The notes: a model not told the origin generated them from the letters alone. Counted from the stretch's first letter, positions 1 through 10,140 are shown. The stretch: DNA of 64,000 nt from an uncultured Coriobacteriales bacterium (GCA_934646835.1 CAKUES010000003.1:16500-80499), one strand, 5' to 3'. Program-made: numbers and translations.

Positions 1-422
1 TCGAGCTCGCCGTCGACGAGCACCGGGCGCCAGTTGAGCGCGATCTTATCGAAGCCCACGTAGAGCACGAGCATGACTACGTAGGCGATTGCGATGAAGT
101 AGATCGCCTTGTCCACGCCCTTGAATCCGCGGCCGCGGATGAGTTGGACGAGTCCGATGACGAAGAAGACGAACATCGAGGCGATGGTCACGTAGCCACC
201 GTATTCGGTGATGTCGTAGAGCGTCCAGTTGACCCCGGTGAGGTTGTGGAATGCCAGGTTGGCGCTGCCCAGACCGACCATCGAGCCATCGGCTGCGATC
301 GGCTGTTGGTCAAGTGTCAGCAGACAGGCGACCAATGCTGCAAACAGCAGCAGCATCGCCACTGCCGGCATGGGGTTGGGCGTGGTTCGGGAGTGCTTCC
401 CTTTCTTCATCATCATGTTCAT
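1..422 (-). CDS. membrane protein, N-terminal part only (gene runs off the window start); PAP2-phosphatase-like
   Basis: Own minus-strand translation from ATG at 422 (GAAGGA SD 5 nt upstream): MNMMMKKGKHSRTT..., hydrophobic helices, ...LNWRPVLVDGELE. Absent from the ORF track because there is no stop in the window. The RPVL segment resembles the region before the PSGH motif of Firmicute-type PAP2 proteins (from memory). Confidence 0.5.
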   Translation of the reverse strand, partial: MNMMMKKGKHSRTTPNPMPAVAMLLLFAALVACLLTLDQQPIAADGSMVGLGSANLAFHNLTGVNWTLYDITEYGGYVTIASMFVFFVIGLVQLIRGRGFKGVDKAIYFIAIAYVVMLVLYVGFDKIALNWRPVLVDGEL

Positions 423-657
423 AGGAGTCCTTCGTTTCCTCTGCGTTTTCCCGCGGTTGAACAGGATACCCAATGCAGATGGAGCTTGTTTGGAGTATCG
501 CGATTTTGTTTTGAAGCTTACCCAAAGTTAAGGATTTGGGGAGGGGCTGCGGCTCTGCCGTTCTGGTCTGAAACGGTCGCGCTCCTCGATGTGCTCCCTC
601 TCTGTTAACCTGTCAGAATGTGCAAATCTGCAGCTTGAACCCTGCTTTTTGAGAGGA

Positions 658-1764
658 ATGCTCCAAAACATGAAGAAAGCCCTGAAAGCCGTCTTGGTCG
701 TCTTGTTGGTGATCGTCTTGATCGTTGGTGGCTACGTGGCCTACATGCTGCTTACCTACAATCGCATCCCTGATAATCAGCAGCTCGAGGTCGGCAACAA
801 CCAGGCCGCGGAGCTCAAGACCGGCGAGGACTACACTGCCCTTTCCTTCAACATCGGTTTCGGCGCTTACACGGACGACTACTCGTTCTTCATGGACACG
901 GGCAAGATGGCCGATGGCACGCCCACGACCGGCAAGAATTCTTGGGCTGTGAGCAAGGAGAGCGTCGAGGAATGCACCGCCGCTGACATCGAGACCATCC
1001 GCGATCTCGATGTCGACTTCGCCCTCCTTCAAGAGGTCGACACCGATTCCACGCGTTCCTACCATGTGAACCAGGTCCAGCTCCTCGAAGACGCGTTCTC
1101 CGACATGGGCGGCGTCGAGGCGGTCGACTACCACAGCTCCTTCCTTTTCTATCCCCTCACCCAGCCCCACGGCTTTGCCAACTCCTCGCTCCTCACGTTG
1201 AGCAGCGCGCGCGTTGACGATGCCGTGCGCCGCAGCTACCCGGTGGCCGACGACCTCTCCAAGTTCTTCGACCTCGACCGCTGCTTCTCCGTGAGCCGCA
1301 TCCCGGTTGAGGGCGGCAAGGAACTTGTGCTCGTCAACAGCCACATGTCCGCCTACGACAAGGGCGGCACCATCCGCAAGCAGCAGCTCGAGATGATCCA
1401 CAACTTCCTCAACGAGGAGGCCGACAAGGGCAACTACGTCGTGATGGGCGGTGACTTCAACCACGCCCTGTGCGACTCCACCGGTATCTACCCTTCCACC
1501 CAACAGCGCCCGGACTGGATTGCGACCTTCGATGACAGCGACTTGCCGGAGGGCTTCTCTGTCGTGCGCGCGAGTAATCTCGCGGATGTTGCTACGTGTC
1601 GCGGCGCTGATATCCCTTACGAGAAGGGTGTCAACTACACTGCCACCGTCGACGGCTTCATCGTGAGCAGCAACGTCAAGGCGACGGCGGAAAACATCGA
1701 CAAAGAGTTCAAGTACAGCGACCACAACCCCGTGAAGCTGACGTTCTCCCTGAGCGAGGAGTAG
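658..1764 (+). CDS. endonuclease/exonuclease/phosphatase (EEP) family protein with N-terminal TM anchor
   Basis: ORF 589..1764. Signal-anchor KALKAVLVVLLVIVLIVGGYVAYML; EEP hallmarks LLQEVD, GGDFNH, SDHNPV. Start trimmed to ATG 658 (or 670) after GAGAGGA. Confidence 0.8.
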   Translation: MLQNMKKALKAVLVVLLVIVLIVGGYVAYMLLTYNRIPDNQQLEVGNNQAAELKTGEDYTALSFNIGFGAYTDDYSFFMDTGKMADGTPTTGKNSWAVSKESVEECTAADIETIRDLDVDFALLQEVDTDSTRSYHVNQVQLLEDAFSDMGGVEAVDYHSSFLFYPLTQPHGFANSSLLTLSSARVDDAVRRSYPVADDLSKFFDLDRCFSVSRIPVEGGKELVLVNSHMSAYDKGGTIRKQQLEMIHNFLNEEADKGNYVVMGGDFNHALCDSTGIYPSTQQRPDWIATFDDSDLPEGFSVVRASNLADVATCRGADIPYEKGVNYTATVDGFIVSSNVKATAENIDKEFKYSDHNPVKLTFSLSEE

Positions 1765-1767
1765 AAC

Positions 1768-2253
1768 ATGACGCGCGCAATCGAGTTTTTGATGGAGTCG
1801 AGCACCATCGTCGTCTTCGACATCGATGGCGTGCTCGCGCCCTACGAGTTCACGCCGCGCTGCCACTCCGTCATCGATGACGACGAGTGGTTCGAGCTCG
1901 TGAAGTCTGGCGATCCCTATGGTGCGCTGCCGCCTGTCAAGCTCATCCAGCGGATGATCGAGGAGAAGGGGCCCGGTAACGTCTACGTCTGCAGCGTCTC
2001 GTGCGCAGAGGAGTACGAGGGCAAACAGCGCTTCGTGGAGAAGAACTACGCCGTCGAGCCTAGCCATATCCGCTTTGTCGACTCCAAGGGCGATAAGCTC
2101 AGCGCCTTGCGTCAGATTGCAGCCGAGCGTGGTGTAGAGGAATCGCAGGTGGCGATGGTGGAGGACACCGTCAAGACCCTTGATGGCATCGCTCGTGCGA
2201 GCGATTTCGCCACGATCCACGTCAGCAGCCTCTTTGCCTACGACGAGCGCTAA
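1768..2253 (+). CDS. HAD-superfamily hydrolase (5'-nucleotidase-like)
   Basis: 161 aa with the DxDGV nucleophile motif (VVFDIDGVLAP). ATG lies 3 nt after the EEP stop, so likely co-transcribed. Confidence 0.65.
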   Translation: MTRAIEFLMESSTIVVFDIDGVLAPYEFTPRCHSVIDDDEWFELVKSGDPYGALPPVKLIQRMIEEKGPGNVYVCSVSCAEEYEGKQRFVEKNYAVEPSHIRFVDSKGDKLSALRQIAAERGVEESQVAMVEDTVKTLDGIARASDFATIHVSSLFAYDER

Positions 2254-2310
2254 GGGCTGCGGGTTGCGTGGTTGTCGGGGCTGACGTATAGCCGGCGAGT
2301 CGCGAGGGCG

Positions 2311-2337
2311 CGTAGGCGCCTGACGAAGTCGGCGCCA
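2311..2337. repeat. 27-nt hairpin repeat CGTAGGCGCC-W-GACGAAGTC-GGCGCCA (copy 1 of 2)
   Basis: GGCGCC arms around a 10-nt loop; 26/27 identical to 33311..33337. Confidence 0.7.
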
Positions 2338-2400
2338 CAGGTTGCAGCGGGATGGCTGGCGCCTATGAGGTGTTGGAACTGGGCGGTCGCGCTCGAAACC

Positions 2401-2591
2401 GCGACGAACTGGGTGGTTTGGCGCTTTGATTTCGCGATCTGGGTGGTTTTGGCGATGCCCGAGGAGAACGCCTCCGGGTGACAATGCTCTGACCTGCGGT
2501 TTTGTAAATCGGAATCAGACTCATCGATTCAACGTGCGAATCAAACCACCCAGATCGCGAAATCAAAGCTCCAAACCACCCAGTTCGTCGC
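2401..2591. repeat. large inverted repeat: ~49-bp arms (2401-2449 / 2543-2591) around a ~93-nt centre
   Basis: Arm 1 is GCGACGAACTGGGTGGTTTGGCGCTTTGATTTCGCGATCTGGGTGGTTT. The reverse complement of arm 2 differs at one base. Each arm contains iterated CTGGGTGGTTT. Confidence 0.85.
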
Positions 2592-2743
2592 ATCAACCGA
2601 CCGGTCAACAAATCCGTCTGACTGAAGTGTTGACTGCATCGGCGCCGCTCAAAACGCAGCTTCTCCCATCGCCCTTTATCGCGATTTCTGGCACAATAGT
2701 TAGGTTTGAAGATTAACGCCCCCGAGCTTTAGGGAGTATTTGC

Positions 2744-4423
<1,680 letters not shown>

Positions 4424-4541
4424 AGCTTCCGCTTTCGATTACATGCGGGCGAATTTGCGAGCAACGCGCGAATTCGCCCGCACTTGCTTTAGGGTGCGTG
4501 TTCGGCGCTTGACCACAGGCCAAAGCCGGAAGTGAGTCCTT

Positions 4542-4594
4542 GTGACACCATTTGTACCAGTGACACCAAATGTCACTGGTACAAATGGTGTCAC
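4542..4594. repeat. family-1 palindromic repeat, short form (24-bp perfect stem, CCAAA loop)
   Basis: GTGACACCATTTGTACCAGTGACA-CCAAA-TGTCACTGGTACAAATGGTGTCAC, between ettA and the PAP2 gene. Confidence 0.9.
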
Positions 4595-4625
4595 GTTCGC
4601 ATCACAAAAAAGGAGGTTCGACTTC

Positions 4626-5123
4626 ATGACAGCAGATCAGTATGCGTGCTGGTCGCAGCCCTTCAGGGACGACCCTCGCATGCTCAAGGTCCTCTTGGTG
4701 GGCAACAAGGTCGAGACCTACCTCTTCTACATCCTCTATCCGCTCTTACTCGTCATCCTCGCTGTGACGGGCAATTCGCTGCTTCTCAAGGCGATCGCGG
4801 TCCCAGCCGTGAGCTTTGTGTTGGTGAGCGTCTTTCGCAAGCTCTACAACGCTGCGCGCCCTTACGAGGAACTCGATATCGACCCGCTCATCAAGAAGGA
4901 CACGAGCGGCAAGTCGTTTCCCAGCCGCCACGTCTTCAGCGTCTACGTCATCGCTATGGCATGGTTGCCGTTTAATACGGTGGCAGGTGTGTTGCTCTTG
5001 CTATTGGGCATCGACATGATGTTCATCCGCGTGGTGGGCGGCGTGCATTACCCGCAAGACGTCGTCGCTGGTGCGGTGTGTGGAATTCTCGCAGGCGTGC
5101 TCGGTTTCTACATCCTTCCGTAA
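4626..5123 (+). CDS. PAP2-family (lipid) phosphatase, membrane
   Basis: ORF 4542..5123 trimmed to ATG 4626 (AGGAGG SD), because the upstream part is repeat sequence. Motifs KLYNAARP, PSRH, GGVHYPQD. Confidence 0.85.
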   Translation: MTADQYACWSQPFRDDPRMLKVLLVGNKVETYLFYILYPLLLVILAVTGNSLLLKAIAVPAVSFVLVSVFRKLYNAARPYEELDIDPLIKKDTSGKSFPSRHVFSVYVIAMAWLPFNTVAGVLLLLLGIDMMFIRVVGGVHYPQDVVAGAVCGILAGVLGFYILP

Positions 5124-5187
5124 TCGCTGTGTCACATCGGCGGGGTAGAATCGAAGGCATGAAACAAGACTGCCAAAGGAGGACGTC

Positions 5188-5922
5188 ATGAGCAATCAGA
5201 TTGCGAAAACCGTCAAGTCCGGGGTCAAGGTCGCGGCCGCCGCCGCTCCCGTTGTAGCCGTCGTGGGCGCGCAAAATCTCCCCAAGGTCGCCAAGGCAAC
5301 CGCAAAGACCGCGGTCAAGGCGGCACCTGTCGTGGCCAAGGCCGCGGCTAAGTCTGCGCCCAAGGTCGCTAAGGCTGCCGCGCATGCCGCCCCCAAAGTC
5401 GCATCCGCCGCTGCAGCTGCCGCACCCAAGGCTGCATCCAAGGCGATTCACGCCGTCCCCAAGGTTGCATCTGCCGCCGTCCAGGCTGCGCCCAAGGCAG
5501 CCGCCAACCTTGTCGAGGCGGCCCCTGCCGTTGCTGCGGCTTCTTTCGCATCCGCACAGGGTGCTGCACTTGCGGTTCGCGACTCCCAGGCTGCCCGCAA
5601 CGCCAAGGCCGGTGCTCTCGCCGTCGCCAACGGCGCCAAGACCGGCATCGTCAAGGCTGGCAAAGCAGGCGCAAAGGGACTCGCAGCCTTTGGCTCCCTT
5701 GCCAAGCGCGGCTTCTCCGGGCTTCCCGCCAAGGGCAAGGTCGCCGTGGTCGGTGCTGGCGTGGGCTTGACTGCCGCTGCGGTGGCGCACGTCGTCTACC
5801 ACCATGGCAAGTGCGTCCAGTCTGCCGATGATGACGCCGCATTCGACGACATGTTCGACCTCGTGGAGGATCCGGGCGACGATGTCGACGGCGAGCCCCT
5901 GTACGAGAGGGGCGAGGACTAG
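5188..5922 (+). CDS. Ala/Lys-rich protein with Pro-punctuated 11-residue repeats, one hydrophobic segment and an acidic C-tail (function unknown)
   Basis: Strong SD (AAGGAGG, 6 nt before ATG). The ORF fills the only gap between the PAP2 and Cof genes. Pro at residues 21, 32, 47, 58, 69, 80, 91, 102, 113. The competing overlapping ORFs lack an SD. Confidence 0.6.
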   Translation: MSNQIAKTVKSGVKVAAAAAPVVAVVGAQNLPKVAKATAKTAVKAAPVVAKAAAKSAPKVAKAAAHAAPKVASAAAAAAPKAASKAIHAVPKVASAAVQAAPKAAANLVEAAPAVAAASFASAQGAALAVRDSQAARNAKAGALAVANGAKTGIVKAGKAGAKGLAAFGSLAKRGFSGLPAKGKVAVVGAGVGLTAAAVAHVVYHHGKCVQSADDDAAFDDMFDLVEDPGDDVDGEPLYERGED

Positions 5923-5923
5923 G

Positions 5924-6700
5924 TTGGCGAGGAAGCTCTTCTTTTTCGATTACGACGGCACCCTCGCCGTGCCCCGCACCAGGACCATCCCGCAAAGCAC
6001 GCGCGATGCGCTGCAGACGCTGCGCGACGAGGGTCACTTCATCGCGCTAGCTACGGGGCGCCTGCAGTGCAACGCCGTGGACTACATCGATGCCCTGGGT
6101 ATCGACAACATCGTAGCCGACGGCGGCTACTCGGTCACCGTCGACGGCAAGCTCGTGTGGATGGAGCCGCTTGCGCTTGAGCCCTGCAGGGAGTGCCTGC
6201 GCCGTCTGGAAGCGGCCGGCATCGTCTGGGCGGTGCAGCTCGGCAACGAGATGCTGCGCTATACGCCCTTTGCGGATTTCGATGCGATCGCGGGCGACTA
6301 CTACGTCCCCACGCAGGTCGACCCCACTCTGAGCATTGACGGGCTGGACGCCATCTACAAGATCTACATCCCTTGCAAACGCGCTGATGAGGCCGCCTTC
6401 GTCGCAAGCGGCGTGCTGGATGGAGTGCCCTGGGTCCGCTACAACGACGATTCCGTCTTCGTCGAGCCGCTTTCCAAGGCGGTCGGCATCAAGAAGATGG
6501 TTGATATCATCGGCGGCTCCTACAGCGACGTCGTGGTCTTTGGCGATGGCAAGAACGACATCTCCATGTTCTTGCCGGAGTGGACGAGCATCGCCATGGG
6601 CAATGCCGTGCCCCAGCTCAAGGAGCATGCCGATTATGTGACCGATGACTGCGACAAGGACGGCATCGCCAACGCATGCCGCCACTTTGGGTGGATCTAG
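5924..6700 (+). CDS. Cof-type HAD-IIB phosphatase
   Basis: ORF 5804..6700 trimmed to TTG 5924 (GAGGAC SD). Motifs FFFDYDGTL, ATGR, GDGKNDISMF, AMGNA. Confidence 0.85.
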   Translation: MARKLFFFDYDGTLAVPRTRTIPQSTRDALQTLRDEGHFIALATGRLQCNAVDYIDALGIDNIVADGGYSVTVDGKLVWMEPLALEPCRECLRRLEAAGIVWAVQLGNEMLRYTPFADFDAIAGDYYVPTQVDPTLSIDGLDAIYKIYIPCKRADEAAFVASGVLDGVPWVRYNDDSVFVEPLSKAVGIKKMVDIIGGSYSDVVVFGDGKNDISMFLPEWTSIAMGNAVPQLKEHADYVTDDCDKDGIANACRHFGWI

Positions 6701-6702
6701 CA

Positions 6703-7587
6703 ATGCAGATGGAAAGCAATATCTTCAAGACGGCGCTCTACTTCGAGGGTGGCAGCATGCGCGGGGCGTACTCCGCCGGCGCCAACCGCTGCCTTGTCGA
6801 GCACGGACTCTTCTTCGACAATGTCTACGGCATCAGTGCCGGCAGCTCCAACGCGGTGAACTACCTCACGCGCGATGTGGAGCGCATCGTCGGCGCCTTT
6901 GGACATTTGATGGCCGACGAACGCGCCGGCAGCTGGAAGAGCTTCGTGCACGGGCGCGGCTTGTTTGACGTGGAGTACCTCTACAACGAGGCTGACATGC
7001 CGGGTGGCACCCTGCCCTTTGACTACGAGGGCTTCGCCTCCAATCCTGCCAAGCTCAACATCTTCGCCTTCGACCGCGACCGCGCCTGCGACGTGCGCTT
7101 TACGAACAAGATGATGCACAACACTCTCGACGTCATGCAGATGGTGCGTGCATCCTCCACGCTTCCCATCGTGATGCCTGCGCCCACTATCGACGGCGTC
7201 ACCTACTACGACGGCGGCTTTGGCGATGGCGGTGGCCTTCCCATGCGCACCATCCTCGCCGACGGCTTCGAGCGCATGGTGGTCATCCGCACACGCCCGC
7301 GCGGCTACCGCAAGGGCGAGACGGACGGCTACATGAAGCTGCTCTTCCGCAAGCAACCCAAGATGCGCGAGGCCGTGCTCACGCGCAACGAGCGCTACAA
7401 CCAGGCATGCGATTTCCTTGACGAGCTCGAGCACGAGGGCAAGGCGTATGTCTTCTATCCCGAGCACCTCACGCTACAGGGCACGGAGCGCGACGCCCAA
7501 CTGCTCGAGAGCAACATCCAGGCCGGCTATGCTCAGATGCTGCAGGAGCTTCCTGCCATCCGCGCCTACGTCGAGGCAGGAGAGTGA
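6703..7587 (+). CDS. patatin-like phospholipase
   Basis: Oxyanion GGSMRG, nucleophile elbow GISAG, and a YYDGGFGDGGG Asp dyad region. ATG 6703 lies 3 nt after the Cof stop. Confidence 0.85.
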   Translation: MQMESNIFKTALYFEGGSMRGAYSAGANRCLVEHGLFFDNVYGISAGSSNAVNYLTRDVERIVGAFGHLMADERAGSWKSFVHGRGLFDVEYLYNEADMPGGTLPFDYEGFASNPAKLNIFAFDRDRACDVRFTNKMMHNTLDVMQMVRASSTLPIVMPAPTIDGVTYYDGGFGDGGGLPMRTILADGFERMVVIRTRPRGYRKGETDGYMKLLFRKQPKMREAVLTRNERYNQACDFLDELEHEGKAYVFYPEHLTLQGTERDAQLLESNIQAGYAQMLQELPAIRAYVEAGE

Positions 7588-7595
7588 TGGCGGCG

Positions 7596-7885
7596 GCCCC
7601 CGTAGGGGAGGGTCCCCTGGGCTGTGCGGCTGTGGACCCCGTAGATGAGGGGCCTTTGGATCACGTGGCTGCAACCTCCGTAGGGGAGGGACCCTGTCCC
7701 TCCCCATACACCGCTCATCCCTCAACCGCTCCCGAAAACCGTCATTCTGAACGGAGCTTGCAGCCTGCGGTCCTAATCCCCGTAGGGGAGGGACCCTGTC
7801 CCTCCCCATATGCCGTGCAACCCTCGACCGCTCCCAACAACCGTCATTCTGGGCGCAGCGCGCAGCGTGGAGTCGAAGAATCTGG
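7596..7885. repeat. family-2 core array: two ~112-bp tandem units plus degenerate upstream cores
   Basis: CCGTAGGGGAGGGACCCTGTCCCTCCCCATA occurs at 7678 and 7790, each followed by ...CCGCTCCC.A.AACCGTCATTCTG.... Weaker cores are at 7599 and 7637. Confidence 0.85.
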
Positions 7886-7898
7886 CCGCGGCAAATCA

Positions 7899-8663
7899 AT
7901 GACCCGTAACACTGCAGCCCTCCTTTGCGAGCTCAACACGCGCTTCTACGCTGATAACGCCGCAAGCTTCTCCGCAACGCGCCACAGCTCTTGGGACGGC
8001 TGGGATGCAGCCCTCGACGTTGCCGGCTTTGCTAGCGCGCCGCGTCGCGTTGTCGATGTGGCCTGCGGCAACATGCGCTTTGCGGATTGCCTTGGCAAGC
8101 GCTTTCCTGCGGCGGTGATTGATTACATCGGCGTCGACAACTGCGTTCCCCTGGCATCGAGCGTCCAGCGCATGCAGCTTGCTGTCTCGTTTGCCGAGTG
8201 TGATATCGTCGGCTGCCTCATCGACGACATGCCCCTCGAGCTTCCCGTGGGTGACCTCGTCGTTTGCTCGGGCTTCATGCATCACGTGCCGGGACAGGCC
8301 CGTCGCGTGCGCATGCTCGCAGAGCTGCTTCGTGCCGTGAGCCCCGGTGGCGCGCTCGTCGTCTCCTTCTGGCAGTTCATGGGCGATGAACGATTAGCGC
8401 GCAAGGCCTCGGCGCTCACTCCGCTTGCCCTCGAGGAGCTCGGGCTTTCGCCTGGCGACCTCGAGCTTGGCGACTATATACTCGGCTGGCAGGACTCGCC
8501 CACGGCGCGTCGCTACTGCCACAGCTTTACGGTAGAAGAGGTCCGCTCGTTGGCAGATGCAGCGCTCGGAGAGACCCTCTGTGACTGCGAGCTGTCGTTT
8601 CTCGAGGCCGACGGCCGCAGCGGCCGTCTCAACTGCTACTTAGTCGCCCGCCGCTTGAGCTAG
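7899..8663 (+). CDS. class I SAM-dependent methyltransferase
   Basis: ORF 7584..8663 trimmed to ATG 7899 because 7584-7898 is repeat array. Motif I is VVDVACGNMRF. Confidence 0.75.
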   Translation: MTRNTAALLCELNTRFYADNAASFSATRHSSWDGWDAALDVAGFASAPRRVVDVACGNMRFADCLGKRFPAAVIDYIGVDNCVPLASSVQRMQLAVSFAECDIVGCLIDDMPLELPVGDLVVCSGFMHHVPGQARRVRMLAELLRAVSPGGALVVSFWQFMGDERLARKASALTPLALEELGLSPGDLELGDYILGWQDSPTARRYCHSFTVEEVRSLADAALGETLCDCELSFLEADGRSGRLNCYLVARRLS

Positions 8664-8675
8664 CGTGTGCTGTGT

Positions 8676-8792
8676 CTAGGGAAGTGCTGATTAAAGCAAA
8701 TGCACGCTGCATGCGATTGGCAGAAACGCTGGTCACGCAGGGGAGGGACCCTGTCCCTCCCCATAAACCTCGCTTTGCTCAGCGTTTTCCTG
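8676..8792. repeat. family-2 MITE-like element
   Basis: CTAGGGAAGTGCTGATTAAAGCA...GGGGAGGGACCCTGTCCCTCCCCATAAACC...CAGCGTTTTCC; aligns with 45764..45883. Confidence 0.85.
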
Positions 8793-8838
8793 ATGCTATG
8801 CGTTATCCGTGCCATCGATGAGGAGGGAACATAACCCT

Positions 8839-9501
8839 GTGAGTTACTACGACGATCATGCGGAGGAGTTTCTCTTGGCAACGCAAGACGCCGATATGGG
8901 TGTCGTCCTCGCCTGCTTTCTGGAGGAGCTTTCCGATGGATTGAGTGTTTTGGACTGGGGATGCGGCTCTGGGCGTGACTCGCTTGCATTGCTTGCGGCG
9001 GGTTGCGATGTGACAGCCGTGGACTTGTCGTCTGCCATGTGTGCGGCCACTGCTGCGCTAACGGGGCTGGAGCCGCGCAACGAGTCGTTTTTCGATCTCG
9101 ATGACGTTGATCGCTACGACGGCATCTGGGCGAGTGCGTCCTTACTGCATGTGCCGAGTGTGGACCTGCCTGCTGTTTTGCATCGTGCGGCAACGGCTCT
9201 CAAGCCCCGAGGCGCCCTTTACTGCTCGTTTAAATACGGCACGGGTGAGCTCGAGCGCAACGGCCGCTTCTTCAACGATATGACAGAGGAGAAGTTCACC
9301 TCCTTGCTCGGCTCCGTACCGTCTTTGCGTCTTGTTGAGACCTGGGTTACCGAGGATGTTCGTCCTGAGCGAGCAGGCGAGCTTTGGCTCAACTGCCTTT
9401 TGCGCCGCGTGTGGCCAATCGCTGTGCAGGCGCGCCGTTGCCTCCCCTCCGCTTGCGGGTTGAAATGCCGCGTTCACATTCGCTTGGTGCTGCCTGGGTG
9501 A
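8839..9501 (+). CDS. class I SAM-dependent methyltransferase
   Basis: ORF 8809..9501. GTG 8839 is preferred (GAGGAGGG SD ~12 nt upstream). Motif I VLDWGCGSGRD, motif II DGIWASASLLH. Confidence 0.75.
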   Translation: MSYYDDHAEEFLLATQDADMGVVLACFLEELSDGLSVLDWGCGSGRDSLALLAAGCDVTAVDLSSAMCAATAALTGLEPRNESFFDLDDVDRYDGIWASASLLHVPSVDLPAVLHRAATALKPRGALYCSFKYGTGELERNGRFFNDMTEEKFTSLLGSVPSLRLVETWVTEDVRPERAGELWLNCLLRRVWPIAVQARRCLPSACGLKCRVHIRLVLPG

Positions 9502-9540
9502 TAATGGCCGGGACAGAAACGAGCCTTGAAGGAGGCAACC

Positions 9541-10140
9541 ATGTACATCACCTGCTTGGATATGGAAGGCGTGCTCACCCCGGAGATCTGGATTGAGTTT
9601 GCCAAGGCGACCGGCATCAAGGAGCTGGAGCGCACCACGCGCGACGAGCCCGACTACGACAAGCTCATGCAGTACCGCATCGACATCCTGCGCGAGCACA
9701 GCATGGGCATCAAGCAAATCCAGGAGGTTATCTCCACGCTCGAGCCCATGGAGGGTGCGCGCGAGTTCTTGGACGAGCTGCGCGGCATCACCCAGGTCGT
9801 TGTCCTGAGCGACACCTTCGAGGAGTTCGCTACTCCGCTGATCGAGAAGCTCGGTCGTCCGACTATCATCTGCAACTCCCTCGAGATCGACGAGGACGGC
9901 ATGATCACCGGCCACAAGATGCGCTGCGAGCAGACCAAGCTCACCAGCGTCAAGGCCTTCCATGAGATGGGCGTCGAGACTCTTGCTGCCGGCGACAGCC
10001 ACAACGACATCGGCATGATTAAAAACTCCAAGGCTGGCTGGCTGTTCAAGAGCACGGATGCCATCAAGGCTGAGTTCCCGGAGATTCCTGCCCTCGATAC
10101 CTACGACGAGCTCCTCGCCGCCATCAAGGCCGCGCTGTAA
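9541..10140 (+). CDS. thrH: phosphoserine phosphatase / phosphoserine:homoserine phosphotransferase ThrH
   Basis: MYITCLDMEGVLTPEIWIEFAKATGI...TTRDEPDYDKLM...VVLSDTF...AGDSHND is collinear with Pseudomonas ThrH as I recall it. ATG 9541 follows GGAGG. Confidence 0.85.
   Translation: MYITCLDMEGVLTPEIWIEFAKATGIKELERTTRDEPDYDKLMQYRIDILREHSMGIKQIQEVISTLEPMEGAREFLDELRGITQVVVLSDTFEEFATPLIEKLGRPTIICNSLEIDEDGMITGHKMRCEQTKLTSVKAFHEMGVETLAAGDSHNDIGMIKNSKAGWLFKSTDAIKAEFPEIPALDTYDELLAAIKAAL

Noticed and set aside
613-2484. 623-aa minus-strand ORF, and similar very long ORFs (2729..4402 -, 12396..14723 -, 19945..21849 +, 30986..32941 +, 40850..42526 -, 57272..59797 -).
   Set aside because: Each lies antisense or out of frame to a gene with unmistakable family motifs (EEP, EttA, EF-G, ALDH/ADH, rib genes, GlpK, ArgS/LysA). 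Their translations are low-complexity Ala/Gly/Arg/Asp-rich strings with no motifs. These are typical shadow ORFs of GC-rich DNA.
2272-2716. Small ORFs (69, 82 and 96 aa) inside the HAD-ettA gap.
   Set aside because: They lie within the arms of the 191-nt inverted repeat on both strands, lack SD sequences, and mirror each other. They are artefacts of the palindrome.
5023-5805. 260-aa minus-strand ORF and other ORFs overlapping the Ala/Lys-repeat gene.
   Set aside because: They have no SD sequence, and their Gly/Arg/Cys-rich composition has no periodic logic. The plus-strand frame has a consensus AAGGAGG-N6-ATG and a clean 11-residue periodicity. The plus-strand call remains only moderately confident.
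7584-7898. A 105-codon N-terminal extension of the methyltransferase (ORF 7584..8663), and similar extensions (4542, 14605, 28760-28952, 35950, 38346, 42579).
   Set aside because: The extensions consist entirely of repeat-family sequence, and the same peptides recur wherever the repeat occurs. Good internal starts with SD sequences exist downstream.
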